This document shows positions 42,365-52,546 of a stretch of 64,000 nucleotides of DNA, in pieces. The stretch is from Cyanobacteria bacterium auto_48_18. GTDB lineage: Bacteria; Cyanobacteriota; Vampirovibrionia; Obscuribacterales; Obscuribacteraceae. Each line of letters begins with the position of its first letter. Positions within the stretch are counted from its first letter, which is position 1. The notes under the pieces are model-generated. The model worked only from the letters and a program-made list of their open reading frames with translations, was not told the origin of the DNA and ran no database searches. A program made the position numbers and the translations under genes. The stretch is taken from NCBI GenBank assembly GCA_036170915.1, contig JAVHQC010000035.1, forward strand, positions 192,001-256,000, written 5' to 3'.

Positions 42365-44161
42365 ATGAGTGACGATTTCCGCAAAATAAAAACGGAAGAA
42401 GAGCTAAAAGACAAGATTTTATCGTCAGTCAGAGAGGCATTTACCGGCGAAGAAACCAGCCGGTGGATAGTTGCCATGCAAGAAGAGTCTGTCAGTCAGG
42501 CTGATGAGTCTGTGGTCACAGGGTCTAGCGACAACAAATTAAATGAGAACATGGCCGCCATTGTCGACAGGTTTTTCGACAATTTCAAACGTTACGCCTT
42601 CGAGTTTAATCGCAGCCTAGACCAGCGAGAGCTGGTGGTCAACTGCGAAAGACCGGCCAGTATGCGCACTCAGGCCGACTATACCGACATGGGCGATCCC
42701 ATCAGATTTTGCATTGGCCACATATCGTCGCGTGACTGGGCACTTGTGGTGCAGGCCGAAGAAAACCGAGTACGCGCTTTTATTGCACCAATCAAATACC
42801 TCGTCGGTTTTCAACCTGATCAACGAGACTTCGAACCTTATGTTGACATCAAGCTTATTAGAGACAAAGTCGGCGCCATGCGACAGATGGTCTGGTCTAT
42901 CGATGGACAAGCACTAGCTTTCGAAAGCATCCCCGCCCTCTCGCGCAGACTTTTCGGCCAATTGGTCAAGGTAACTCGCGGTGAAGCGACTAATACTGAA
43001 AAATTTGTCTTTGATCCGCACGAATACAAAGTCAATCCAAATGACGTCGCAATTGAGCGGTCGTACGAACCTGATGATCAAAATATGTTTTTCAAAGAAG
43101 CGCAAGAAAAAAATGCGGGTCAATTAGCTCCCAAGGGTTTTGCTTTAGAAAAAGAGAGGACAACTCATACACTGGCTGCTCTGGCCAATGTTGGTCAGAA
43201 TCCCAGTCCGTTTTTGAGCCATCAACAAATTCAGCACCACATGCCGGTGGCTTCGTCACAGCAATCTAATACAGATCAGCAAAATTTTGTACCGCAGCAG
43301 TTGCCTCTACCAATGCCCCAGCTGGCGCAACCTTCAGTAGGTAGAGAAACAGATACTCAAGATCAAGCTGACGCTGTCTCCGATAATCAAAATTCATTCA
43401 ACAAAAACGAACTGCCATATCGACCTGAACCTCAATCAGTAGAACAGTTCGCTAGCCCAGCTGCTGCCCCACGCCCTGTGCCTGAGCAAGCGCCGTTTGA
43501 CCAAAAAGATCTTTTTGAAAAGCTTGCAGGAGGCCACTCTCCCACACAAAACTCAGGGCAAGCTCAAGCACACGAAGCGCCTATGCAAACTGCTTCGCCA
43601 CCTGTATTTTCGCAAACACAGCAGCCGCAACCCCAAGTGCAAGAAAAATCTCAGGCCCAGGCTCAAGCTGAGACAACACAAATTCCAAACGCTGCTTCAA
43701 TACTTGCTCAGCGTCACAATGATTCTCAACCAGTATCAACGTCAACTCAACAAGCGTCAGCTCAATTAGCTTCAACTCAACCAGTACCAACTCAGACTCC
43801 CTCAGCTCAGACTCCCTCAGCTCAGCTAGCAGCTCAGCCGGTGTCATTAGACCCGCCTACCACAATGCCTGCCGTTGCTTACCATTTCCAGGCTGGCGCA
43901 GAAGGCCCTAATGGTGCGGCGGGTAAAGTCAGCATTGAAAAAGAAACAGCCGAAAATAATCGCAAAGTTGCTCATGCCTTGAAAGGGCTTTTCGATTCTG
44001 TTGATTCGTCCATCAGCACCCTCAATGCATTAGGGGTAGAAGCCATGAATGCAGACGACATTCAGGCAGTAAGCAATGTGATGAAGCAAGTGAAAACCCT
44101 AAAAGTTTTGCGCGACGGCATTGTGCAACTTTCTAAAGACTGGCAAAAGTCAATCGAATAG
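42365..44161 (+). CDS. Hypothetical protein with long Gln/Pro/Ser/Thr-rich linker
   Basis: 598-aa ORF; globular-looking N-terminus, disordered middle, helical C-terminus. Confidence 0.8.
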   Translation: MSDDFRKIKTEEELKDKILSSVREAFTGEETSRWIVAMQEESVSQADESVVTGSSDNKLNENMAAIVDRFFDNFKRYAFEFNRSLDQRELVVNCERPASMRTQADYTDMGDPIRFCIGHISSRDWALVVQAEENRVRAFIAPIKYLVGFQPDQRDFEPYVDIKLIRDKVGAMRQMVWSIDGQALAFESIPALSRRLFGQLVKVTRGEATNTEKFVFDPHEYKVNPNDVAIERSYEPDDQNMFFKEAQEKNAGQLAPKGFALEKERTTHTLAALANVGQNPSPFLSHQQIQHHMPVASSQQSNTDQQNFVPQQLPLPMPQLAQPSVGRETDTQDQADAVSDNQNSFNKNELPYRPEPQSVEQFASPAAAPRPVPEQAPFDQKDLFEKLAGGHSPTQNSGQAQAHEAPMQTASPPVFSQTQQPQPQVQEKSQAQAQAETTQIPNAASILAQRHNDSQPVSTSTQQASAQLASTQPVPTQTPSAQTPSAQLAAQPVSLDPPTTMPAVAYHFQAGAEGPNGAAGKVSIEKETAENNRKVAHALKGLFDSVDSSISTLNALGVEAMNADDIQAVSNVMKQVKTLKVLRDGIVQLSKDWQKSIE

Positions 44162-44199
44162 CCAATCGAATAGGCAGTTGCTCACTCAAGCTAGAGACG

Positions 44200-44231
44200 A
44201 AAAAAGCGCTTCAATCACTGAAGCGCTTTTT
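44200..44231. terminator. Bidirectional terminator between the hypothetical gene and tRNA-Ser
   Basis: aaaaagcgcttca-atcac-tgaagcgcttttt. Confidence 0.85.
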
Positions 44232-44241
44232 CATTTAGATT

Positions 44242-44331
44242 CGGAGAGGGAGGGATTCGAACCCTCGGTACAGATTAACTCCGTACGTCTTCTTAGCAGG
44301 AAGGTGCTTTCGACCACTCAGCCACCTCTCC
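44242..44331 (-). tRNA. tRNA-Ser (GCT)
   Basis: GGAGAGGTGGCTGAGTGGTCGAAAGC...CT-GCT-AA...long variable arm...GGTTCGAATCC..CTCTCCG; CCA not encoded. Confidence 0.95.
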
Positions 44332-44417
44332 AGGTGCTGCCAATGCTCTGCTCTTCTATGATATCTCACAAAATGCATATTTTATTTCAAAAGCCAAAAT
44401 TAGCCGGTTGCAAAGCA

Positions 44418-45326
44418 TCAAATATTTCCTAAAACCACCAGATTGACCCAATAGTAGGCAATAGCACTACTAATGATAATGCTGTCACCGCGGTCAAGAA
44501 AGCCACCGTGGCCAGGGAAAGTGTCGCCGGAATCTTTAATGCCGGCATCTCTTTTAAGTAAAGACTCGCAAAGATCGCCTAACTGAGCCGCTACTGAAAT
44601 TATGGCGGCCATTAGCGGCGCCTGCCAGAGATTGAATTTAAATGGGTGGCAGGCAAAAAGAACATGATCTGACAAATAAGTGATGGTCACGCCAAAAATA
44701 ATTGAAACCACAAATCCGCCAACGGCTCCTTCGATGGTTTTTTTGGGACTGATTTGCGGATAGAGCAGGTGTTTGCCTATTCTCTTGCCGATGTAGTAGG
44801 CGAAAACATCGGTGCTCCAGATAATGAACAAGGTAGCCCAAACATAGGCCAACCCGGGCTGCTGCAGCGGATTGTCAGTGATGGGCATACCCACCGGAGT
44901 GAGGTTGCGCAACAAGACCAGATGGCTTGGTAACCAGCCTACATATATAAAGCCAAGAATGGTTGAGGCAATATCAGCGATGGTAGCTGGCGGATTGTCA
45001 TTGCGAAAAAGCAAACGGAAGAACGAAATATAGATGCCAATAGTAAGTAAGAGAGGGAAGTGCTGAATGGAAAAGCTGTCAGGCAATCTGTAGCCACCCA
45101 GCATCCATTGAGGAATATCAGGCAGTGCCGCCATGACAAAAAAAGCGACAATCATTCCAAGCACAATACGGCTGGAAGGATTAATGCCTTTCTTGCGAGC
45201 CATGGCAATGAACTCGCGCCCACCCATGTAACACGCAAAACCCAGAGCCAACGACAAAAATATGCCGCCGGCCATAATGCTGCAAACAGCACCGGCAAAT
45301 AAAAGCAAGCCAAAAAGCAGTCTCAT
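44418..45326 (-). CDS. cdsA: Phosphatidate cytidylyltransferase
   Basis: ISPKKTIEG, GDLCESLLKRDAGIKDSG..PGHGGFLDR.DS. Confidence 0.95.
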   Translation of the reverse strand: MRLLFGLLLFAGAVCSIMAGGIFLSLALGFACYMGGREFIAMARKKGINPSSRIVLGMIVAFFVMAALPDIPQWMLGGYRLPDSFSIQHFPLLLTIGIYISFFRLLFRNDNPPATIADIASTILGFIYVGWLPSHLVLLRNLTPVGMPITDNPLQQPGLAYVWATLFIIWSTDVFAYYIGKRIGKHLLYPQISPKKTIEGAVGGFVVSIIFGVTITYLSDHVLFACHPFKFNLWQAPLMAAIISVAAQLGDLCESLLKRDAGIKDSGDTFPGHGGFLDRGDSIIISSAIAYYWVNLVVLGNI

Positions 45327-45335
45327 TTCGCTGTT

Positions 45336-46463
45336 CTATTGCTCTCTCGTTGCGCGGCTTGAAGCCATTAATCTGGCTGAAAAATATGCAGTCAGGGGAA
45401 TGGTCAAAACCAATCCTAGACTACCACTAATTGCCGAAGCCACTTCTGTTGCAACCAGATCGAGATTTATAAGTTTTGTCGAAGGAATTTGACTAATAAG
45501 CAATAGCAGCGGCAGAGCAGAGCCTGTGTAAGCCAGTATCAACGTATTGGTCATGGTGCCCATAATGTCGCGACCAACATTCATGCCTGATTGGTAAAGC
45601 TCAGTAAAGCTGAGGTGACCAGCTTTAGCCACTTCAGAAACGGCGGAGGCAATAGAAATGCCCACATCCATTATTACTCCCAGAGCCCCAATCAACATAC
45701 CAGCGGCCAGAAGACCGCTGTAAAAGCTAGGGCGAGCGACAAGCACAGAGCCACGCAAAATTTGCGCTTCTTCAGATGACAGGCCAGTCAGCGGAGCACT
45801 GACAATCACCACCTGAGCGGCAATGCCAGCCACAATTACTCCCCCTACAGTGCCAAGCATGGCAGCCAGAGCCTTTTTAGAGCGGCCAGCAACAAAATAC
45901 ATGGTGGCTACGGCTGAGACCAGGCAGATAGCAATTGCTACAAGCAAAGGATCGAAGCCATTCAATGAAAGTGGCAATAAGACAAAAGCAATTAAACACA
46001 CACTGACCAAAAGGGCCACTAAAGACTGAAGCCCTTTTTTGCCACCGAAGACGATAAAGGCTATCAAAAAAGCCAGTAACAGCCAGCCTAAAGTGGGAGC
46101 GCGGTGATAGTCGGCGATGTTATATTCGCTCTTTACCTTGCCACTACTAGCAGTGCCCGTGACAATCGAAAGAATCACTTCACTGCCGGGTTTAGCATTA
46201 ATATTGAAAGCCGGATTGTCCGTAATTTCATTGGCCACTGAAATTTTCTGGCCTTTCAGCTTTCCCTCTAAAATTTCCACGTCGACAATTTCGCGATTTG
46301 CCACCATGCCTGTCGATGTAAGCAATTGCTGATTAAGAACAGGCTTGCCTACTGAAATAACACGGGCCACAGCAAATTCTTCATCGGTAAAATGCGAACC
46401 CGGATCTTTCAGTGTGGCACCACCGGCAGTATTAAGCGCTGGAGAACCTGAAGATGGAGGCAT
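45336..46463 (-). CDS. YibE/F family membrane protein
   Basis: IGALGVIMDV, G.NVGRDIMGTMTNTLILAYTG, GSLGLVLTIP. Confidence 0.9.
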   Translation of the reverse strand: MPPSSGSPALNTAGGATLKDPGSHFTDEEFAVARVISVGKPVLNQQLLTSTGMVANREIVDVEILEGKLKGQKISVANEITDNPAFNINAKPGSEVILSIVTGTASSGKVKSEYNIADYHRAPTLGWLLLAFLIAFIVFGGKKGLQSLVALLVSVCLIAFVLLPLSLNGFDPLLVAIAICLVSAVATMYFVAGRSKKALAAMLGTVGGVIVAGIAAQVVIVSAPLTGLSSEEAQILRGSVLVARPSFYSGLLAAGMLIGALGVIMDVGISIASAVSEVAKAGHLSFTELYQSGMNVGRDIMGTMTNTLILAYTGSALPLLLLISQIPSTKLINLDLVATEVASAISGSLGLVLTIPLTAYFSARLMASSRATREQ

Positions 46464-47729
46464 CTAAATCTCGCTATTATTTTTGGAGTTCTCAGAATTT
46501 TCCAAATTATTTTTATTGAAAATATCCAGCTGCTTAATTTCAGCCGTGGCCAGCTCAGCCAGAATGCGTTTGCTTACAGGTTTATCTAAATGCTGGTAAG
46601 CAAATGGCGTAGCCATGCGGCCGCGAGAGGTGCGTTGAATGAAACCTTTTTGAATCAAAAAAGGTTCGTAAACATCTTCTACAGTTTCGGAGTCTTCACC
46701 GATGGTGGCAGCTAGAGTCTCTAAGCCTACCGGTCCACCATCGTAGTGATCAATCAAAATTTGCAACAGCTTTCTATCGGTCATATCAAGGCCGTATTTA
46801 TCTACTTGATACGATTCCAGCGCAGCTTCTGCTATGGCACCATCAATTATGGCCGCACCCTGATATTGACCAAAGTCACGAACCAGGCGCACAAGACGGT
46901 TAGCAATACGTGGAGTACCGCGGGCCCGCGAGGCTATGGCCACAACAGCTTGATCGTCCATCGAAACATTTAAAATTTTGGCCGTGCGCGCCACAATTTT
47001 GGCCAGTTCGTCTTCGTCATAAAATTCCAGACGACAAACAAAACCAAAGCGATCTCTCAAAGCATTGGAAAGCATTCCCGCTTTAGTGGTGGCACCAATC
47101 AAAGTAAAACGGGGCAGTGGCAGACGCATGGTGCGCGTGGCCTGACCTTTGCCTGTAGTTAAATCGATGACAAAATCTTCGATGGCCGGATAAAGCAATT
47201 CTTCAGCCACGCGGCTCAGCCTGTGAATTTCGTCAATAAAAAGAACATCTCCTTCTTCAAGTTGATGCACCAGGCCGATAATGTCCCTCGGCCGCTCAAG
47301 TGATGGGCCTGAAGTCATATGAATGCGCGCCTGCATTTCGTTGGCAAGCACGCGCGCTAAAGTGGTTTTGCCTAATCCTGGTGGGCCGTAAAAAAGCACA
47401 TGGTCGAGGGCTTCACCACGTGATTTAGCCGCCGAAATAGACATGTGCATCATGGTTTTTAGCCGCGATTGACCAATGTATTCCTGCAAACTGTCAGGCC
47501 GGACCGCCTGATCTGATTTTTGATCCGCCGAATTTTCCTGACCTGAAAGTAAAGAAGAGCGACGATTTTGGCTAACGTTAACTTCTTCTATACTTGGAGA
47601 ATTTTTACTACTTTCCAGCGGTTTGGCCGCAACTTTCGTTTTGCCCGAAGAAGGCGAAGCAGAGACTTTGCTCTTAACCTGTTCGGCCGCAGAATCTGGT
47701 GAGTCACCGCTGGTTTTGATAATGGTCAT
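46464..47729 (-). CDS. ruvB: Holliday junction branch migration helicase RuvB (N-terminal extension)
   Basis: RP...YIGQ, GPPGLGKTT, FIDEIHR, GATT, RGTPR, GGPVG, YEPFL. ATG at 47729 is preferred. Confidence 0.96.
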   Translation of the reverse strand: MTIIKTSGDSPDSAAEQVKSKVSASPSSGKTKVAAKPLESSKNSPSIEEVNVSQNRRSSLLSGQENSADQKSDQAVRPDSLQEYIGQSRLKTMMHMSISAAKSRGEALDHVLFYGPPGLGKTTLARVLANEMQARIHMTSGPSLERPRDIIGLVHQLEEGDVLFIDEIHRLSRVAEELLYPAIEDFVIDLTTGKGQATRTMRLPLPRFTLIGATTKAGMLSNALRDRFGFVCRLEFYDEDELAKIVARTAKILNVSMDDQAVVAIASRARGTPRIANRLVRLVRDFGQYQGAAIIDGAIAEAALESYQVDKYGLDMTDRKLLQILIDHYDGGPVGLETLAATIGEDSETVEDVYEPFLIQKGFIQRTSRGRMATPFAYQHLDKPVSKRILAELATAEIKQLDIFNKNNLENSENSKNNSEI

Positions 47730-47894
47730 AGATACGAACTCGTAATTTTTGTAAGTAATGGGGCTATTGAGCCAGGTATTCAGGAGATCATGAGAAGTAA
47801 TCAAGGTGTTCGCGAAGCAGGGCGTTTATCATTATTGCTGACGCCTTAGTCTCATGAATATGCCAGGGATATACTTGCCAGGGATACATCTGCA

Positions 47895-49031
47895 ATGAAT
47901 ACAGTTCAAAGTCCTACTCCAACAGCTGTGTCAGGTGCTAGCACATCAAGCTCAAGCTCCAGTCTAAGTCATAATCAGCCTGTTGTCGCTAGCCGTAAAA
48001 TTGTGGCCAACCCACTCACCTATGAGAAGTCTATATACACAAGGCCAGCGCATAGTGACCTGATTGGTCCACTACCTGAGATTTCGGTAGTGATACCGGT
48101 CTATAACGAAGAAGAAAATGTTGATCTGCTTTACGCTAAATTAGTCAGCGCCCTTGATCAATTAGACAGAGCCTGGGAAGCCATTCTTATTGATGACGGC
48201 TCAAAAGATCAATCTTATATAAAACTCAAAGCAATTGCTGCCGGCGATACACGTATAAAAGTGGTGCGCTTCGTGCGCAACTTTGGCCAGACCGCTGCTC
48301 TGGCTGCTGGTATTGATCACGCGCTGGGTGATGTGATTATCCCAATGGATGCCGACTTGCAAAATGATCCGGCTGATGTAAAAAAACTGCTTGAGAAATT
48401 AGACGAAGGATATGACGTTGTTAGCGGCTGGCGTAAAGAGCGCAAAGACGAGCTCTTCTTGCGCCTTATTCCTTCATGGACAGCCAATAAAATTATCTCG
48501 TCCATTTCAGGTGTTCGCCTGCACGATTATGGTTGCTCACTCAAGGCTTATCGCAAAGAAGTAATTAAAGACGTCAGACTTTACGGCGAAATGCACCGCT
48601 TCGTGCCAATTTATGCCACCTGGCTTGGTGCCAGGGTGGCTGAAATTCCTGTCAATCACTATGCTCGTCAGTTTGGCCAATCAAAATATGGCATCTCGCG
48701 CACATTTAAAGTCGTGCTTGATTTGATCACCGTAAAATTCATGGCTAAATATTTCACCAAACCAATCTATGTTTTTGGCACTGCTGGCTTGGCTTCGTGG
48801 ATTTTATCGTTCTTGATTTTCGGTTGGATGGTGGTACTGAAATACTACTACCAGACTTCATTCATTGAGACACCACTGCCGGTGCTGGTGGCGGTATTCT
48901 TCTTGATGGGAATGCAATTGCTGCTAATGGGTCTGCAGGCTGAAATTATGATGCGCACTTATCACGAGTCGCAAGGTAAACGCATCTATAAAGTCAAAAG
49001 TACGCTCAATGTAGATGGCGAACTGGTCTGA
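47895..49031 (+). CDS. GT2 family polyprenol-phosphate glycosyltransferase
   Basis: VIPVYNEE, DDGSKD, RNFGQTAA, DADLQNDP, HRF; two C-terminal TMs. Confidence 0.9.
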   Translation: MNTVQSPTPTAVSGASTSSSSSSLSHNQPVVASRKIVANPLTYEKSIYTRPAHSDLIGPLPEISVVIPVYNEEENVDLLYAKLVSALDQLDRAWEAILIDDGSKDQSYIKLKAIAAGDTRIKVVRFVRNFGQTAALAAGIDHALGDVIIPMDADLQNDPADVKKLLEKLDEGYDVVSGWRKERKDELFLRLIPSWTANKIISSISGVRLHDYGCSLKAYRKEVIKDVRLYGEMHRFVPIYATWLGARVAEIPVNHYARQFGQSKYGISRTFKVVLDLITVKFMAKYFTKPIYVFGTAGLASWILSFLIFGWMVVLKYYYQTSFIETPLPVLVAVFFLMGMQLLLMGLQAEIMMRTYHESQGKRIYKVKSTLNVDGELV

Positions 49032-49039
49032 GCATTAAC

Positions 49040-50071
49040 TCAGTAGCGTCTGGTCAGCTCCCACTGGTAGGCACTTTCAACCACTTGCTCTAAATTGAAC
49101 TGAGGCTTCCAGCCAAGTACAGCCTGAGCTTTGCTGTAGTCGGCTACCAGTTCGGGCGGATCGCCTGGGCGTCTATCCACAGGTAGACAAGGTACGCTTT
49201 TGCCGGTTACTTTCTCTACTGCGGCAATTACTTCTTTAACCGTGGCACCATTGGCTGTACCTAAATTGATGGCAACGCCATTGTTCGCCGACTCTTCCAT
49301 ATCACCCTTAAAATCAGTACTGGCAATGAGCTTGAGTGCCAGGCAGTGCGCTTCGGCCAGATCATTGACGTGAATATAGTCGCGCACGCACGTGCCGTCT
49401 TTGGTGGGATAATCGCTGCCGAAAATTTTGAGCGGCTGTTTGTTCTTGCCCATGGCAGCAGCCAGTGCCAGCGGAATTAAGTGTGATTCAGGTTCGTGAC
49501 TTTCACCAATCTCACTGCCTTTTTCACTGGTATCAGCCCCGGCGGCATTGAAATAACGCAAGGCGGCATATTTCAATTGTGACGAAAGGGCCAGAGCGCG
49601 CAATGCTTCTTCCACCATCAACTTTGTGCTGCCGTAAGTATTAATGGGTCTTTGCTGATGTGCTTCATCCAATGGAGAATATTCTGGATTGCCATAAGTT
49701 GCGCACGTAGAGGAAAAAACAATCTGTTTGACATCAGCAGCAACCATCACCTGAAGAAATTTCAGAGTTTCAATTACATTGTTTTCGAAATATTTGAAGG
49801 GTTTGATTTGCGATTCACCCACATAGGCATTGGCCGCAAAGTGAACAACCGCGTGGATATCATGGGCGTTAAAGATGTCACCGATGGCATCTATGTTACC
49901 GAGTGAGGTCTTATACAAGTGAATGCGTGAGCTACAGGAGCCATCAAGGGAGAGCAAATTGCCGAGGGTGAGATTATCCACCGCCACAAGCTCAGCAGAT
50001 GGATTTTGCTTGAGGTAATAGCGCACGAAGTGCGAACCGATGTATCCAGCGGCACCGGTTACCAATAGCAT
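49040..50071 (-). CDS. galE: UDP-glucose 4-epimerase
   Basis: TGAAGYIGSH, HFAA, VGES, FSST, YGSTK, LRYFN, DGTCVRDYIHV. Confidence 0.93.
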   Translation of the reverse strand: MLLVTGAAGYIGSHFVRYYLKQNPSAELVAVDNLTLGNLLSLDGSCSSRIHLYKTSLGNIDAIGDIFNAHDIHAVVHFAANAYVGESQIKPFKYFENNVIETLKFLQVMVAADVKQIVFSSTCATYGNPEYSPLDEAHQQRPINTYGSTKLMVEEALRALALSSQLKYAALRYFNAAGADTSEKGSEIGESHEPESHLIPLALAAAMGKNKQPLKIFGSDYPTKDGTCVRDYIHVNDLAEAHCLALKLIASTDFKGDMEESANNGVAINLGTANGATVKEVIAAVEKVTGKSVPCLPVDRRPGDPPELVADYSKAQAVLGWKPQFNLEQVVESAYQWELTRRY

Positions 50072-50159
50072 CGGTTTCAACCTCAAGATGAAAAGCTATC
50101 AAAATTCTATCAGCTTCGCCAAAACAGAGTAATATTGTCTTGTTGGGCTCCGACCAAGC

Positions 50160-52508
50160 TTGATCACATTCCCCCATTTGGGTAATAGCAAGTCTGTGAA
50201 CGATAATCAGACGGCTGGCTCTACCGAAACTGTACGCTTAGATGCCGGTCATCACGAAATTTTTCCCTCTGGGCAGGCCCTTGCCGGCTGGCTGGGAGTT
50301 GGTCTGGCTGGCTTTGTCTGTCTTTTTCTTGCCCTGGCCTCGGTTCACATTTTTAGCCCCGGGCTGCAGGTCAAAGATGTTGCCGACCGTGATTTAATCG
50401 CTCCTGAAGATATTTCGGTAATCGACCGCGTCGAAACCGACAAAGCCATCGCCATGGCAAAACAATCAATCATTCCAGTTTTTCAAGTTGATCGCGCGCG
50501 TGACCAAGCTTCTCAGGCAGCTGTGCAAGCAGCACTGAAAAAAATTGAACAATATCAGGCCATGGGCCTTGTGCCCGTAAAAAGTAGTGTCAATATCAGC
50601 CCGGCGCAAATTGCGCGCATCTTGCTTAGTTCAGATGAAAGTTTTGCGCAACAGTCAACTGCCATGCCGGCTATCGCTGGAGAGCTGAACAAGAGACGAC
50701 AAATAATTCTTAATGCCAGAAAATCTGGAGCATTTATATTAAAAGACAACGAACTGCTGACCGCTTTGATAGTTGAACCGGCAGCTCTGGCAGACTACAA
50801 AAAAACCATGGTGGCCAGCGCGGCTCGTTTGTGCAGCAAATTCAATCGTTTTCCCGTTTCTGACAAACACGTGTGGGAAGAGATCGCTGCAGAATTCTTG
50901 CCAGACAGTATGCCTTTCAATTTGAAATTGGCATCGTCATCTTTGCTGGCTGAAAATCTCGAACCTAATATGGTCATCGACAATAAAGCGACGCAAAATA
51001 AAACTGAAGAAGTAGTCAAAACAGTTGCGCCCATAATGCTCAAAATTACCAAAGGTCAAACAATAGTGCCGCGCGGCGCCTTGATTAGCGAGAGCAAGTT
51101 AGACCTGCTTCAGGCCCTTGGTATCACTCACATAAACCGCTGGCCCTTTATTTTCAGCATGGGAGTGTCACTAATAGCGGCACTGACCCTGGTGGCACTG
51201 TTCCTTTACACTTATGAGCCTAAACACTTCTTTTCCGCCAGCTCGATTGGTCTGATGTTTACCGTTGCCGTGGTGGCTTGCACGGTGGCATCGGTAATCG
51301 GCAAAACTTACCCGCAGTTTGTGCCAATTCCAGCGGCCGCACTGATCTTGACTATCTTTTTCGGCCATCGCGTGGCTATTGTCTGGACAGTGCCAATGAT
51401 TATGTTGGTGGCAGTAGATCACCTGATCGATTTGCGCAATATCTTTGCTCACTGTCTCGCTTCAGCAGCAGCAATCTGGACTTATTCAAAGAGGCGCAAT
51501 GCCCTCATTAGCACCAGCTTGTGCGTGGCAGGTGGTCAGGTTATTGGCGATCTGGCCGCCTGTGCTGCCACTCAATCAATCACTTCATGGACAATGCTTG
51601 GTCGGCAAGCGGGTATCGATTTCTTTGGTGGAATGTTTTCGGCCATTCTCGCTATCGGCAGCTTGCCGTTTTTAGAAAACATTTTTGGTTTGATCACACC
51701 ATTTCGTCTAACCGAGCTAACCGACGCCAATCAACCACTTTTGCGCCGGCTGGAAGAAACTGCACCCGGCACTTACCAGCATAGCCTGGCGGTGGCGAAC
51801 CTGGCTGAAGCAGGTGCTAAAGCCATCTCAGCTGATCCTAATATGGTTCGGGCCGGAGCGCTTTATCACGATATCGGTAAAATGGTGCGCCCTAAATATT
51901 TCATTGAAAATCAACTTGGTGATACCAACCCACACGACTCCATGACTCCTGAAGAAAGCCGCGGCAGAGTACTGGCGCACGTAACTGATGGTATCGAACT
52001 GGGGCAAAAATACGCCTTGCCAAAAGCGATTCAAGATTTTATACCAATGCATCAAGGCACCACTTTAATGGCGTACTTCTATCACAAAGCTTGCTTGCGT
52101 GACGGAGCCGATAAAGTTGATGCTAACTTTTATCGTTATCCGGGTCCTAAACCTAACACCAAAGAAACAGCAGTGGTGATGCTGGCTGACGTATCAGAAG
52201 CAGTCACTCACAGTATGCAAAATCCAACTAATGACGAAGTAGAAATTGCCCTTGATAGAGTTTTCCAGAACCGTTGGGATGACGGTCAGTTTACAGATTC
52301 AAGCCTGACTCTAGAAGAGCTACATAAAGTCAAAGCTGGCTTCTGTCGAGTCTGGCGCACACTGCACCATGAGCGGCTTAAATATCCGTCTACCACCACG
52401 GGCAAAATGCCCATTGCGCCTGAAGAAGTTTCTGCAGCAGCTACTGCAGGGCCGGTTGCAGCCGCTGAGCCTGCTGAAGTAGTTGTAAACAACGATTGTT
52501 GCTCTTAA
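50160..52508 (+). CDS. 7TM-HD phosphohydrolase (PgpH-like; possible cyclic dinucleotide phosphodiesterase)
   Basis: Extracellular domain plus TM block; APGTYQHS, YHDIGK, FIENQ, YPGPKP, MLAD. Start codon uncertain. Confidence 0.88.
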   Translation: MITFPHLGNSKSVNDNQTAGSTETVRLDAGHHEIFPSGQALAGWLGVGLAGFVCLFLALASVHIFSPGLQVKDVADRDLIAPEDISVIDRVETDKAIAMAKQSIIPVFQVDRARDQASQAAVQAALKKIEQYQAMGLVPVKSSVNISPAQIARILLSSDESFAQQSTAMPAIAGELNKRRQIILNARKSGAFILKDNELLTALIVEPAALADYKKTMVASAARLCSKFNRFPVSDKHVWEEIAAEFLPDSMPFNLKLASSSLLAENLEPNMVIDNKATQNKTEEVVKTVAPIMLKITKGQTIVPRGALISESKLDLLQALGITHINRWPFIFSMGVSLIAALTLVALFLYTYEPKHFFSASSIGLMFTVAVVACTVASVIGKTYPQFVPIPAAALILTIFFGHRVAIVWTVPMIMLVAVDHLIDLRNIFAHCLASAAAIWTYSKRRNALISTSLCVAGGQVIGDLAACAATQSITSWTMLGRQAGIDFFGGMFSAILAIGSLPFLENIFGLITPFRLTELTDANQPLLRRLEETAPGTYQHSLAVANLAEAGAKAISADPNMVRAGALYHDIGKMVRPKYFIENQLGDTNPHDSMTPEESRGRVLAHVTDGIELGQKYALPKAIQDFIPMHQGTTLMAYFYHKACLRDGADKVDANFYRYPGPKPNTKETAVVMLADVSEAVTHSMQNPTNDEVEIALDRVFQNRWDDGQFTDSSLTLEELHKVKAGFCRVWRTLHHERLKYPSTTTGKMPIAPEEVSAAATAGPVAAAEPAEVVVNNDCCS

Positions 52509-52546
52509 TCGAGCTTCTAAATTGAGTTCTTATTCGAGCTTGTAAA

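Noticed and set aside
44242..44331. tRNA-Ser as an integration site for an island
   Set aside because: No integrase and no duplicated tRNA 3' end seen; the flanking genes look chromosomal.
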